The position numbers and the translations under genes are program-made. Below are positions 1 through 13,800 of a stretch of DNA of 64,000 nucleotides, in pieces (within the stretch, counting starts at the first letter, position 1; each line of letters opens with the position of its first letter). The stretch is from the NCBI GenBank assembly GCA_036172245.1, contig JAYWIR010000037.1, positions 620,001 to 684,000 on the forward strand, in the 5' to 3' direction. This DNA is from Raillietiella orientalis. Lineage: Eukaryota. The notes below the pieces were generated by a model. It saw only the letters and a program-made list of their open reading frames with translations. It had not been told where the DNA came from and did no database searches.

Positions 1-12
1 GCACACACAAAC

Positions 13-3000
13 CTGAAGTAAACTGATATCTTTTTCCAATGTTGCACACTTAACTTGCAAGTCATGCTGCTGCTGCTCGAAACATCCTTTTAATGCTTCA
101 ATTTCGTTTTCTTTTGTGCGATGAAAATGGTCGAGAACACTCTGGAGGTTACTTAAGCATTTTGCGTTTTCTTCTTTACATTCTTCCACTCTAGACAGCT
201 TGCTGATCAAAAGATTCCGTTCTTGGATAACATCTGATAATTCTTGTTTAGCTATTTCCAATTGTTGAGCAAATTGCAGACTTCAATTATATTTTTACAG
301 ACGTATACTTCTGCAGAGTGTCTTACCTACTATTATTATAACACTGGGCTAGGCATTCTGCTTCTCGCAAATTGTTTTTTAATATTTGTTCTCGTTTTTC
401 CCAACTGATTACTTGTTCTTCGTAAGAGGAATTCACTTCCAACAAATGAGCCTTGAGTCGATCCACATCAAGCTTCAACTTTTCATTTTGATTTTCTAGA
501 TGCTGCAACTAAGAAAAGGTACAGCTTTCAGGGACAAGGACATCATGCCTACCTTTTCTGCAAGATGATTATCACAGTGTTTCGCTGCTAAATGATCTGT
601 ATCATTAATATGTGTGGAATCCACAGTATCATCTAACACACGAGTAATTTCATTGTAATCTTTTCCATTATCAGGGTGCGATTCTGAGTGATTATGATGG
701 AGTGATGCTAAATCTACATCAGAAAGTTCTTGTTGCAATTGAGTGATACGTATTTCCATGTCATTTTTCTCTATTTGCATATACTCTAAATTCTTCCGAG
801 TTTCTTCTAAACGGGCTGATAATTCATTGGATACTTGGGAAGCATTGCGAAATTTATTCTGCTCATCTTCAAGCTTCTGCACGAGTTGCTGTATTTCTTC
901 CTGTAAATATTGATTCTCTTGTTCTTGCTTTTTTAATGATTCCAAAATGTGCTGACGATCACTCTGATAAGCCAGTATCTGCTTTTTGAGTTCAGCACTG
1001 GTTTTATGAAAATCAGTCATCTCCTTTTCTGTTGTCTTATTCTGTGATTGTTGCGATTTCTCAGCTTCGGCAAGTTTCGATTTTAAATCGCTATTGAGAG
1101 ACCTTTCTAAGGCAACGGTGTTGATCAGTTGATGGTTCGCAGATTTTAAGCGATTGTTCTCCTGAGATTTCTCATTTAGAACTGACTTTAAAAGTTCTAG
1201 TTGATTTTCTAATTCCTTCATTTTTCTTTCAGCTTCAGTCTTTGACACTGCCAATGATGCGGTTTCTTCTTGTAGATTTTTATACATGTTCTCGAAATTA
1301 TTTAGCTTCTGTTGATTTTCAGAATCAATAATAGCGCTGCTTGACGTAATTTGTGCGATTTCGCTTTGCAATTGCTTGATTTTCTGATCAAGTCGAGAAA
1401 TAATCCATTCAGCATCTGGTGGTTCTTCACAACTGTTTTCTGGATTACAGGCTTTCCAAAATGTGATCAGTTTATCTTTCAAATCATTAGAAATCTCAGA
1501 ACTCGAATTTTTCTGTCTAAGTCTGATGCTACTGTTTTCCACTGCTATTCTTTGTATTGCTTCAGCCTTTTCACAAATGTTTAAGCTCATCATTTTTAAA
1601 AGTGCCTCGATTTCTTCTTTCTTAATTACACTGATCATTAAGTGCGATTTTAAAGTATGGTTTATTTGCTCATTTTCAGTTAACGATCTCTCTAGTTCAT
1701 TTTTGCAATTCTGCAAATGATCTACCTTTTGCTCTAGTTTCGTTATGTTTTCTTTAAGTTCGAGTACTAACTGAGATGCTTCGGATTGTTCTCTTAACAT
1801 GACACAATTTTCTTCCAGCTTCTTTCTAAGTGCTATATTTTCATTCTTAAATTCTTTTTTTTTTTGTTTTAAAGACTGAATTTTGGGGACAACTTCGGCT
1901 AATTCTGTTTCAACGCTAACTGCTTTGTGTTTAAGTACTTCGTATTCTCGAGAAAATGAAGAAAGCACATCTAGACTATCAGAAAACGTTTTAGGATTTG
2001 CTTCTGGACAAATATTGTGGATAAGACGTTCGAGCTGATCCTCTCGAGTCATGAGTTCTTGCAAACAACTGTCCAGTTTTTTGCGTAATTCTACTGAATT
2101 CTTTTTAGTCCTTTCCAGTTCAACAGTTTGATGATTATTTTCCTTTTCTAGAGATCCTACATGGTTTTGCAATGTGTCAACAAATAACTGCAAACTTTCC
2201 TTATCCAAGATTAAATCTCCTGAAGAAGTCCGGATATTATCGTTTCATCTGAATTCATATGAGCTATTACCTATTGTATTTTGGTATTTCTGATCTATCG
2301 TTAGCAAGTTATTGGAAGTATCGTCTTTGTCTTTTACCAGTCTCCTTCTTTCTTCCTCTAATGTTTCTATCTCATCTTGAAGTTTAGCAACAACTTCCTG
2401 AAACAAATTCAAAGTTTTGTCAATACATTTATCCCAGGTGCAAACGATTGGTACAGTGATCAATCCCAAATCAATACTTATGTTTACACAACATGGGAAA
2501 CATCTTAAAAACGGAAAAGCGATCCCGCTAGAAGAATTCTAGAATAGAGTACACTTACGGTTTGCTGAATACAGTTACAGCTTACCGAATTACGTGAATA
2601 TAAAAATGAGGTATCTTTTACAGTTCGTCTCGGCTGTAGTGAAAACATCATTCGAAGTGCTTTGACATGTTTTGGAAGTACTACATTTTTGAAGTCCGGA
2701 GTCTTCAAAATTTCAGAAACATGCCAACTTAATGTTCAAAAAGGTTTACGCTTCAAATTCACTGTTCGTGTAATTTGCCCACAATTGCTGATTTCCCTGA
2801 ATATGGGGTTACCATTACTTTGAACTTTAAGCGTTATGGAATTGACGCGGGCATTGCGTACTAAACTCTCGAATGCATCCATTTCGAATAAGAGACAAGT
2901 TGGCATTTTTGAAACTGCTGGAAAATAGTCTGTACGGGTAATATTTATGTTTACGGGATAATTATGCATCCACCATGTGGTGTAAATACAAAACAGCATG

Positions 3001-6000
3001 AAACACAATTTATGTGTATACTTTTGAAAGACCTTCCAGTTTCCCAGACCCACAGAAATGATTGCAACCAAAACGATCTGTACTTATTTACGTACCGACA
3101 AACTTATCATCGTTATAGGCTGCAAACTAATGAATAAATAATGGGAAAAAATGAATAAAAATTTACAGGGAATAACTATAGGACTACAGCAAGGATTACA
3201 GCGTTCATTCTGGGGGGGGAGGGGGGGAAGAAGGGAAACGTGGAGAGAAACAACGAAAGAGTATTTTGACATTTGATATTGCGTAATTGTGTCGGGGATT
3301 TTTTCTTATTACTTGAAAAAAAAAAAAAAAAAAAAACTGCTTCTGTATTAAATTTATTAAAGAAGGGCGAAATCAACATTCTTTAAAAGCAATAAGAGCT
3401 CAGCAAGCTGATAGGACACAGCAATGCGTTCGATACAGATACGAGACACGATTTTGCAGGATCTCGTCGGGAGAAATAAAAATCGAACTGCATCGACATT
3501 CGTCGTGAAGAAACAAAAGCGAGGAAGATCTGGCCCATGGAATCCAGTCAGTCTCTTCGAATTTAGCAAAACTACAAGTAGATTGCTACTGGAAATAAAT
3601 ATTACTGTACTTTACAAACTTTCCATGTACCCAGATCACGAAATAAACGATTTTCAAAATTTACCCCACTATACTGTTTTCCACTGTATTCACACTATCG
3701 GCATTGCATCGTTGGGAAGAATTCCTTGTTTCGAGTAAAGAAGGAAAAAAAAAAAAAAGATAGAAGAAAAAAAAAAAAGTCCTGATATTCAAGTAAATAA
3801 GTCAATTTGTGATTTAAGACGCTTTGAACTGTAACCCTGACCAGATAAGTGTCTTGGAAATTTCCCTAAAGCATTCGACTAATACTTTCCTCGGCAGCAT
3901 TTTGCAATGGGGAATTCATTTGATTCCCCCTCCCCCTCCCCCCCCCTCTATCATATTGTTGCGCCCGACATGATCGTACCAATTCTCCTTATCGGCTTTC
4001 CTCGTACTTTTCAGGTTGCCTAGGGAGATGCTACGGAGAATGCTGATCCGCTACGTTTAAAAATAGGGCAGCAGCAGGCGTGCACCGCCTGCCTTAATCA
4101 AAAAACAGCACCGCAAAGTCGGACTTCCGTTCGTGAGACTTTCAAGTGTTTTGGATGTTTCTTACAACTTCAGCTAAGCAGAATCGACGTTAAGTTTTCA
4201 GCAATTACATCACAGAATGGATACGGGGCCAACCTATTTTACGGGGGAAAAAAAAAGAAAAAAAGGGGGAATTCGCAGCAGCCCCCACTTTCCAGGAATC
4301 GTGCTGAAATGTGCTCTACGCAATGCAATATGTGAACGCATCGATTTGCTGCTATTCTTCACTTATTTAAAGTATACGAATAAAAAAAGCAATGCTCCTT
4401 TTACCTCGGAAACTTGAGAAGCGAGATCGTTGCAAATAATTTCTTCCGAGAATTTCTCATCTCCAGCCGGCGGCATACCACCACTACGTCCACGATTGGC
4501 AACCTGGCATTCTTCTTTTGGTTAAAATAAAAGTAAAAAAAATAAAAATAAAATAAAATAAAACGTTTGCGATGAAATGTTTTACCATGATCGACTACAG
4601 GAAACAGTTTGCTCCACCAGTCAACATTCTGTGCTCCGGAAAAGCAGGATTCCAGGTAGTGCACGATTTCCTTCCGCTGAAAAGAACACCTCTCCTACAC
4701 TCTTTCGCCAGCAAACCTCATGCACTCGTGTACACACACGTGAGTATCCACACGGGCATCCACTTTTTTTTTTTTTTTTTTTTCTCTACCCAATGCTGAG
4801 CGTATGTGTTATTCACGGACTACGCGGATGTTACGGGAACAAATTAAGCAAAATCATTTTCGACTTTTTTTTTTTTTTTTTTTTTTTTTATCCGAATGCC
4901 GACGGTGGACGTAATTTAAAAAAATCACGAAGAACGCAGCTTGTGGTAAGGAAAGCACACAACGTAATATAAATGCAATTGAAACACGACGTGAATCACA
5001 CAGTTGGAACAAAACCGTTACAATTGCATCCATTTATAGAGCACGTTTAGAAACCAAAGGAAAAAAAAAAAAAAAAACGTTTTCGTGAATTGTGTGAATT
5101 TATTTAAAAAAAAAAAAAAAACTGATCTTTTACTACTTGCAAGTTTCATACACACTGCGATGACATAAGGAACCATTTTATTATAACATCGTTTTTGCAC
5201 ACAACACTTATCATAAGATCAATGAAAATTGAACATGAAAATTTTCGACATGAGAAGAAATCAAATGGATCCAATGACCAAAAGATGAATAAATAATGAC
5301 AGCGAACTTACTTTATCATCATCAAGGCTTTGTAGAATTCTTAACTCCTGAACAACTTTAGAATTTCCGTAATTAGAATTACATTCTGCAAAGCACAAAA
5401 GCTCAATTGAGATAATTCAAAAAGTGTGCAATGCTTTCCACACATATTGATTGTGGACTACTTTATCAGTTGTATGACAAACATCTTACTTGAACAAAGT
5501 TCCTCCCCGTCTCGGTTCCTCCAAGTAAATTTGTTCTTCCCGTTTTTATTACAGATATAACACACCTGCAAAATTACACAATGTTAGATCTCTCTCCTCA
5601 GATCTCTTTTTCAATGCGTACATCACACAGAAGTTGCAATCAAATGATCTATTCGATTTTACACACACATATCCAGTATTTCTCTGATGATCACAGGAGA
5701 AAAGAATATACATATATATATATATATATATATGTATAAAAAGAAAAAAAATTTCGTGTATCGTAATAACTATGTGCGTTGGAAGGAAGGAATTTCGCAA
5801 TTCCTCTTGATTCCGAGCATTTTCCAACGGAGCAGGGAATTTTCCCATCGCAGCACGCGTATTCTTTGCACATCGGACGGTGTGAAATACAAACCAAAAC
5901 AAAAGAAGAGGGGACGTTTGCTGAGGACCTCCCTGCGAAATCCCGTTCAGCTACGCAACAATCGCAATGGAAGGAACCCGTGAATCGTCATGGAACAACA

Positions 6001-7837
6001 AAACCGATAGGAACCGAGGATGGCGTTGGCAATTACGTGCCGTATCCATGAGAAATTAAAAAACAGATACTTCAACTTCCTTCGCTCTCTCCCCCCCCCC
6101 CCGATTTTTTTTTTGAAAAAGAATAAAAATAAAAAAAAACGAAAAAATAAAAATAAGAAAAACGTTTTTCTATTTCTTTCCTCTTCTATTTCTACCTTTC
6201 TTTTTTTCTTTTTTTTTTTTTTTAAAAAAAAAAAGGAACGCCAACACACCCGATAATAATAATAATAATAATAATAATATTAAAGCAATATCTGATATTA
6301 TCCAGGTATTTAAAGAGAGAGTGCGCGTAGAAACGAATTCCACTGTTATGATGGCAATTAAACAGGTGCAACAACAACCGAGTGTGCCTCGGAAAAAATA
6401 CAAACGAGTTTTCTCTGCACAACTGGAGGTGACGTGGCAAGAACTTAAGCCTGGCATATATACACTGCATAAATTAAAACCATCCGAAAAATAAAAAGAA
6501 CCGTGGAAAAGTAATCGTGGGAAAACCGGAAAATAAAACGCACGTACACACATAGGTAAACATGTAGCTTACTTGCAGAAGAGCAACTCCATCCCGATCG
6601 CACGAGGAGGCTGAAGAGAAAAGAATATAAGTCCATCTTACTTCGCAAACAAGAATATTTACGTATGAAGTTAACATATTCTGGAAGCTACTCACGTTCT
6701 GCTTTTGAAGCTTCTGATCCTTCAAGATGAGAATGAGGTCCCAAAGTTTCTATTTCCCCAACACGAGAATCGGTTGCTTCTCCTGGTCGCTTGTCCACCT
6801 TTTGAAACAAAAACATATGCAAACGGAAATATGAGAAAATTAACTGAATCGAACGTTTTTACCTCAATTTCCGTTTCTTTCTGGTTTTCAGGGATGTCTT
6901 CGACCTAGAAGCACATTCTCTATTTAATACCTGCAATGATGAATGCCGTTGTGACAAAAGAAATAATGAATCAATATCAGAAGTTCACAGGGGAAGGAGA
7001 AGAAGAAGAAGAAGAAGAAGAGGGAAAAAAAAAGAAAAAAAAAAAAAGAAGATAATCAATTGAAGTAAACGATAATATGGATGCATATTGCCAGGTGTGC
7101 AAAATACAGATGTTAGTTTGCCTTGAAGGGAAGAGAGCATATTCCGAACAGCTCTTTGATATGCGTTATCACGTTGAAAGGAAACTGTTCTGGTTCCAAT
7201 CTTTTGACGAAATTTTCCTACTACAAATTTCGAGACTTTTTTTTTTTTTGTACGTAATAACTCATTTTTCGTGCGAATAGTTCCAGCACCGAAAGTACTG
7301 CGAATCATTTCACAATCACAATCATACATCAACCACAAGGTACATCGACCGCATGATGAGCATAGATTCTCCTCCGAGCACGTACTCAGTTTAATAAGGA
7401 TATAGAAAAAGAAGAAGAAAAATCCTATGTGTTCTCGTTTTCTTAGCATTCATTACATTGCAGATGCGTACCGAAAATTTCGGATGGGAATTCCATGGAT
7501 TGCTACGAGAAAGTGTCGCAGAGAGAGAGAGAGAGAGAGAGAAACCCTCTAACAAAGTAAAATTAGAAGGAGAGTTTCCTTTAGCTTAAAACCATGAGCG
7601 CACCAAAGCTCGAAGCGTTCCTATCTCAAAGCAATCAAGCAATCAGCATTTGACTTTTTTACATATTGATGGAAGAAATCACACTCCCCACCTCCAAAGG
7701 GAACCCCAAACTACAAACGCACACGCACACATGCACGTACATTATCCTCGTATTTCGTTTACCGAAGCGAACGAACGATCAGCCACGTTAGAATATTCAA
7801 CTTCTGAAAAGCGATTTTCTTCCCCTCATCTTTACGG

Positions 7838-7883
<46 letters not shown>

Positions 7884-10800
7884 TTTTTCCTTTTTTTTTT
7901 TTTTCCTTTTGTGCTTCTCCTGTTCTTTGCTTTTCGATAGTCTGCCAGCTTTGCAGCGCGTGCCCACATGATTTATCGCATGAAGCGTGATACGTTTGCG
8001 AATACAACGAGTGTGTTGATTAATCTGTAATTTTCCTGTAGATAATTCATTTTTTTTTTTTTTTTTTTTTTTTAAAATCGGAAAAACACATAAACAATAC
8101 GAAAAATAAATAAATAAATAATGATCGTCGAAATAATTTCGAGAGTTTAGCCGAGTCTCTCGCATCTGTGTCGTTCACTTTATACAAACACGGATGCATA
8201 GAGTTCTTGAATTATAACACCTGAGGTAAACTGGTGGACCAATATGCATTAATTATCCCTCTCGAGGGTAAAAGTAAAAAAAAATAAAATGAAATGGGAT
8301 GTTTCCAAAAGTGGCACGGGCCTGCGAGGCGCGGGCAACACGTACACGACTTTCCTTCGATCCGTACACTACGTGTGTGCGTTACGTAAACTTTTGATTT
8401 TCGTTTGACACCTGAAGTTGGCTCGGCTATCGCAATGTATACGGCACGAGTCACGAAAGCGCGCATGAACAGGTTTACGAAAGTCTTAGAATCCATTACA
8501 TTGAATACATCGCAACTGTAAGCCACCCCGGATGTTCACAGAGACGAGAGGATTCACGTCCAAAAACAAGAAGGGACACTCCACAAAAGCAGTATCTTCC
8601 AGCTAGCTGAAATTCCAGCAAGGCACATCCCGGTGGGTTACACTTCACAACCCGAGTTTCCATATCTGCTTTTGGAGTCGGGATTTTTTCCAACACTTGA
8701 AATACTGTAAAGACTAAAGGCAAAAGGAAACCCGATAATCGAAAGGTGTGCAATTCGAACCCTGCATCATTACTATCTATACTGTTTCACTACTCGAAGC
8801 TCCGCGCTTTTTTTTTTTTCCCCCTTTCTCGATTTTTTCAGATTGCCTTCTCCAGCATCACTCCTGGAGACCTCACCGCACTTCTTCTCAGAGTGCACAC
8901 TTTAGAATCCACAAAGATTTCAAAGCGTCGAGCCAAGACGTTTATCGGAGTGATTGAAAAGATATTATTCAGAGATATTCTTTCACGGCAAAGGGCACCG
9001 TGGGGCGATTCCGCTGAAGAAGTGATCTGCAAACTACGAATTTCTACAAATACACGGAAATCCACACATAAAGGTAAAAGTCGATTTGAAGCATGCTTCG
9101 TATTTAGAAAGTAATTCATCCCATAATAATAATAATAAAAGGTGTTTGTATGCAACGACGTGCTCAAGCCCGTGAAGATTTCCGTCCCATACTGATGGAA
9201 CAGCGATGCTGATGCGTCTCGTAACACACCATTGGCATTTCAGTGCATGGAAGAGTTTCGGTATGCTTGGGAGAGATTCGCCCCCATCTATTCCAGCAGC
9301 TACAGGGATGAGACTCGACTTGAACAGCAAACCGAAACACACAACAGGATATTTCATGTCCAGCTTGTGCTCAATCATTATAGCGATAGGTCGAGTCCTG
9401 TGAACTCCGCAACGCTTCCAGTTTTCCCGACAAACACTCCGTGTTCGGGGCAGACCTCCTCCTATTGCAATTCTCTGAAGAGCAATCCTGCACCTTTACA
9501 CCAACTATCAAATTCATTTTTTTTCGTGTATGCAAATGATCCATTCGCTTCTTCGGCAACTTGATGCTCCGAACCCGTCACAGAATCATTTCGACCGATT
9601 TTTGCTTCCCAGTTTGAACCAATCCCCTCATTTTCAAAGTTTAACGAATCCCAAGTTTCGCAGGAAGAAGCAGATGTCTAATGCACAGTCATTCAAAGTT
9701 GATGCATACACGCACACACGTAAACAAATAATGATAACGCGCTCAATGAAGTCTATCCTTGTTGGCATCCCAGTGGGATGACTTTTCCAGCCTCTCCCTC
9801 CCATTCCTTTGATTCAGACTAGCTTTAAGAAAAACGTTTGTACTTGAATACATTCCATTGGAACTTATTCGAATTCACTGCTACCGTGCATTCATTCCTT
9901 TCATTAGTTTTCAGCTCTACATGTTGATTCGCTCAATCCATCAAAGAACACACAAACACTTGACGGTCGATTAATTCGAAAGTCTGCGTGAAAGAACCAA
10001 CCATACACAACTACAGACTACTTATACAAGCACTTGACAAACTTTTTTTTTTTTTTCAGTGAATCGAAAAGGAATGGACGCCAGATTTCTTTGAATTTTC
10101 AGTTTTCGTTCGTTTGTTAATCAGTTATTCCCGACAGTTCGTAACGTGCACTTGCAACGAAATTCCCAATGCAGTCCTTCGGGTACAGCGCCAGGAACCA
10201 TGTCCCACATCGTGCAAAGTTGGGGGGGGGGGGGGGGAGGGAGGGAGGGGAGGGTCACTTTGCACGATTTTTGTCATCGCACCGAAAAGCACGAAAATGT
10301 GCACAGTTCCACCGTTGTGAAATCTGCGACCGTCGCTGCGGAGGAAGTCGGATCGGACGGAGGCTGATCCCCGCTCGGCAATTGATGATGACTTTGTGCT
10401 TTCGACCAGGATTTCCATTCGATCACTCGGGAAGCGGGAATACGAATCATGTACCTGCTCGCCTGCATTTGAGAATCGGACCGACTTCTTTTGGAACTTA
10501 CGTCATGAAACGAAAGCTTCCGAAAGCTACGCCGAATGACTGCGAATTCGTTTGGACTCGAGCCGCATGTGCCACACTTTAAATTCACACTCTGCAACAC
10601 TCAATGCACTTATACGCCATGTGTTGGACACGGATTCCGTAACGGATCTTGTGTGTCAGTGCCCCAGTCGGGAGGTAAGGACGTGAAAGGCAATAAATGT
10701 AAGCAATCCGTCGCGGAAAGTACAAGTTCGCTCAGTGTATTTTCAACAGACTTTTTTAAACTACCAAATCAAAAGGTGACTCCGGTGTCTGCAATTCATT

Positions 10801-13800
10801 CTCGCATGCTTTTTTTCGTTTTTTTTTTTTCTTTTTAAAAAAAAAAAGAAAAAAAAAGAATTCAATAAGCTTACATCGATTTCTTTTGCCCATTAGTTCC
10901 CTCATCCTTTTTCAATGAGGACACTTCAATCACACCGAATCCCAATCCTTGCATTCGCGACTATATGGATGCTTCAACAAGCGGAATCCATTTTTGTTGT
11001 TGTTGTTGTTGTTGTTGTTGTTTCCCCGATTTTCGCACGGGAAGCCCTGTGAGAGAATACAAGGAACAGACTCCTTGCAAATCCGTTCCATAACGCCCAG
11101 CCTTTCCACTTTATGCTTCACTCAATGCAGAACAGCCAACCATCATAATTCTGAGGTTTGCTGTGCAAACCCTTTAGTGTTTACAAGTTCATTGGAGTAC
11201 ATACTTTTTAAAAAAGCATCACTCGTGACTGCCGTTATTTTTCGGCACTCTAAAATCCAAAGTGTGGGCAAAATTGTACGAAGCTTTGTACCTTCTTTTT
11301 CCTTTCCTTTTTTTTTTTTTTTTAAGGATTTACTGAGAAAAATCCAGAGAGGGGAAGATTCCACGCATGCACTAACCGATCCCCTTACTACTCATAAGTA
11401 TAATATTATTCCTTTCTTTCGCCTTTTCAACCTGTCCTTTCCGGTAATTTCCGACATTTACGTTCGAATACGCCCGTTTAATCTACGCGTCCTAATCTGG
11501 GTGTAATCAACATGTTTGGATAGAATTTCATCCATTGAAAGAATTTAGGATTAATTTAGTCGCATAGTACACAATGTTCATCGCTTTGATGCGCCCGTTT
11601 TTTTTTTTTTTTTTTTTTTTTTTCCCCCCCCCTGCTCAATGACAAACAAGATGAAATATTTTGCTCACTTCGATATCGTAGCCTGAATCTATGTATGTGA
11701 TACAATGCATATAAAATCTCGAGTTGAGGAAAGTATGCACCATGAAAATTTTAGCTGCTGCTTTCCTTAAACATACTACTCTGAATCAGTAAGTGCTCGG
11801 TGTCCATTGCTCACTACCTGATCCACTGATATTTTTTTCATTCATGAAATTCTTCTTCGGCGGCACCAAACGCGCGCACACACACACACACACACACAAA
11901 GATATGCTTTTGGAACTAGCTGCCGAAGTTTACGATTTATAGATACAATTAATACATGAGCGTGATGACAAATATATACACACAAAGCCACATGTGAAAG
12001 CGAATAACCAATTATCACAAAATGTCTCCCCCCCCCCCCACACACACACACACATACACGAATATCCACTTTTCGAAAATCAGAAAATACTCAAAACGTA
12101 CTTTTTGCTATTATTTATTTATTCGCTGCGACAGTCCAAATGAGTTAAAGTGAAAAGCAATGTCCCCGCACATGAGCTGGGATTTCTTGTCGAATGATAG
12201 CTTACAGGCAAAAAAAAAAAAAAAAATTGACATGGAGAAGACACAGTGAAGACATTTTTTTGCGTTAAACTTCAACCTACTGATGCTCCCCGTTTTTTAA
12301 ATGTATCAAGTACATTCATTAAATCGGGGGAAAAAAAAAAAAAAAAAAAGAAAAAAGAAAAGCCGAACCCATCCTTTCTCTTTAGAATTCGAAATGAGTG
12401 GCAAACGCGTTGCAAAACCACGGTGAGATTTCTGAAATAACGCACAAACAGCTATTTTATTCAACAGTTGTGTATGCGGTCGCAGCCGCATATCTGAAAA
12501 AGGCGCCAATTAAATAAAAATCACGGGGAAAAAAAAAAAAAAAGGAGCGAAGGGAGCGACCGCAACCGTTCCTTGTTGAATGGGCAAAGATGCCCTGCGG
12601 CAATCTGTTGCAAAACGGGTCGGGCGTCGGATCGCTTTCGAATCTCTGTAGCCAGGATGCTGGAGATAGTACTTCTCGGGATGCTCTCAAGGATGAGTAT
12701 GAACCCCACGCAAGAAACGTGTGTCTGTGTTTCGCTCAAAGGCATTCGCAAGGAGACAACTTTGCACTTTTCACGATCTCTCGCCGCTGCCGCAATTTCA
12801 TTCGGTTGGTGATAATCATTGCATTACACGAGGAAGTTGGGGCGTCCAGAGTATTCATCTTCGAAAGGGGTGATACACCATTCGTGCACAACCTGCCAAT
12901 ACGACGTGTTGCCGTGATGCAGACGCGCCGGCAATCTGCTGCGACTCCTCTCATTCGTCGAGCGACCTACGAGCACCGTTTTTTGCCTCCTGTCTCGAAT
13001 TTCTCGCACGGAGCATAGATGCACCTATTATCCCCCATTGCTTCCAACGAACAATTAAATCAATACACTTATTCTTTTCTCTTCACAAACATTTCAACAA
13101 GTACAATGACTAATGGAGTTTAGATCTAGTACAATCCCTATTTATAATGGAAAGTCTACAGGTGCACGTGAATTCAGTTACAGATGTGTCGAATACATTA
13201 GCACATATTTAATTTCTGGAAGGGGAAAAAAAAAAAAAAAGACAGAGACAGCAGCAGCAAAAGAACCTATACACAAACGATGGGATGCCCCCCCCACAAA
13301 ATGAACATTAGAAAGTAAATGGCAATAAATAAAACAAGAAACTATACCTTATAGAAGTTTCCTGGAGATGCATCCGGGCAAGTAGGGAGCTCAACAGATA
13401 CCAGCTGCTGTAAAACGTCACTTTCTTTCTGAAGAACGAACGAAATTTTTAGCGAAAACATTTCGTCAAACGTTCACTGCGTGAAAATAAATATCAGTGT
13501 ACAAGTTACAAATAAAATAAAAAAAACGGTAAATATCAAGGAAGGATTCACATATGGCGATCGGAACCAATGATTGGGATCATCCAATGATCCAGTTTCC
13601 GCAAAACGAAAAGGATCAAACAGATGAAAAGAAGAAGAAGGAAAAAATATATATACGTATATATACATAATTTTTATGAGACGTACTTTGGGGGGGGGGG
13701 GGGGGGGGAGGTGCGTAGGTACAAACAAAACATTGGGTATGGTTTATCAATACAATTTCTTTGTCGGATCTTATCCCTTCGTGGATTCAAAAGGTCAATG

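Noticed and set aside
2249..2270. Apparent 22-nt intron in GMAP-210
   Set aside because: It leads to a frameshift and stop; the 51-nt intron 2220-2270 keeps the frame.
12457..13024. GC-rich stretch with long open frames on both strands
   Set aside because: No recognisable protein and no convincing splice-site chain; long frames are expected at this GC content.
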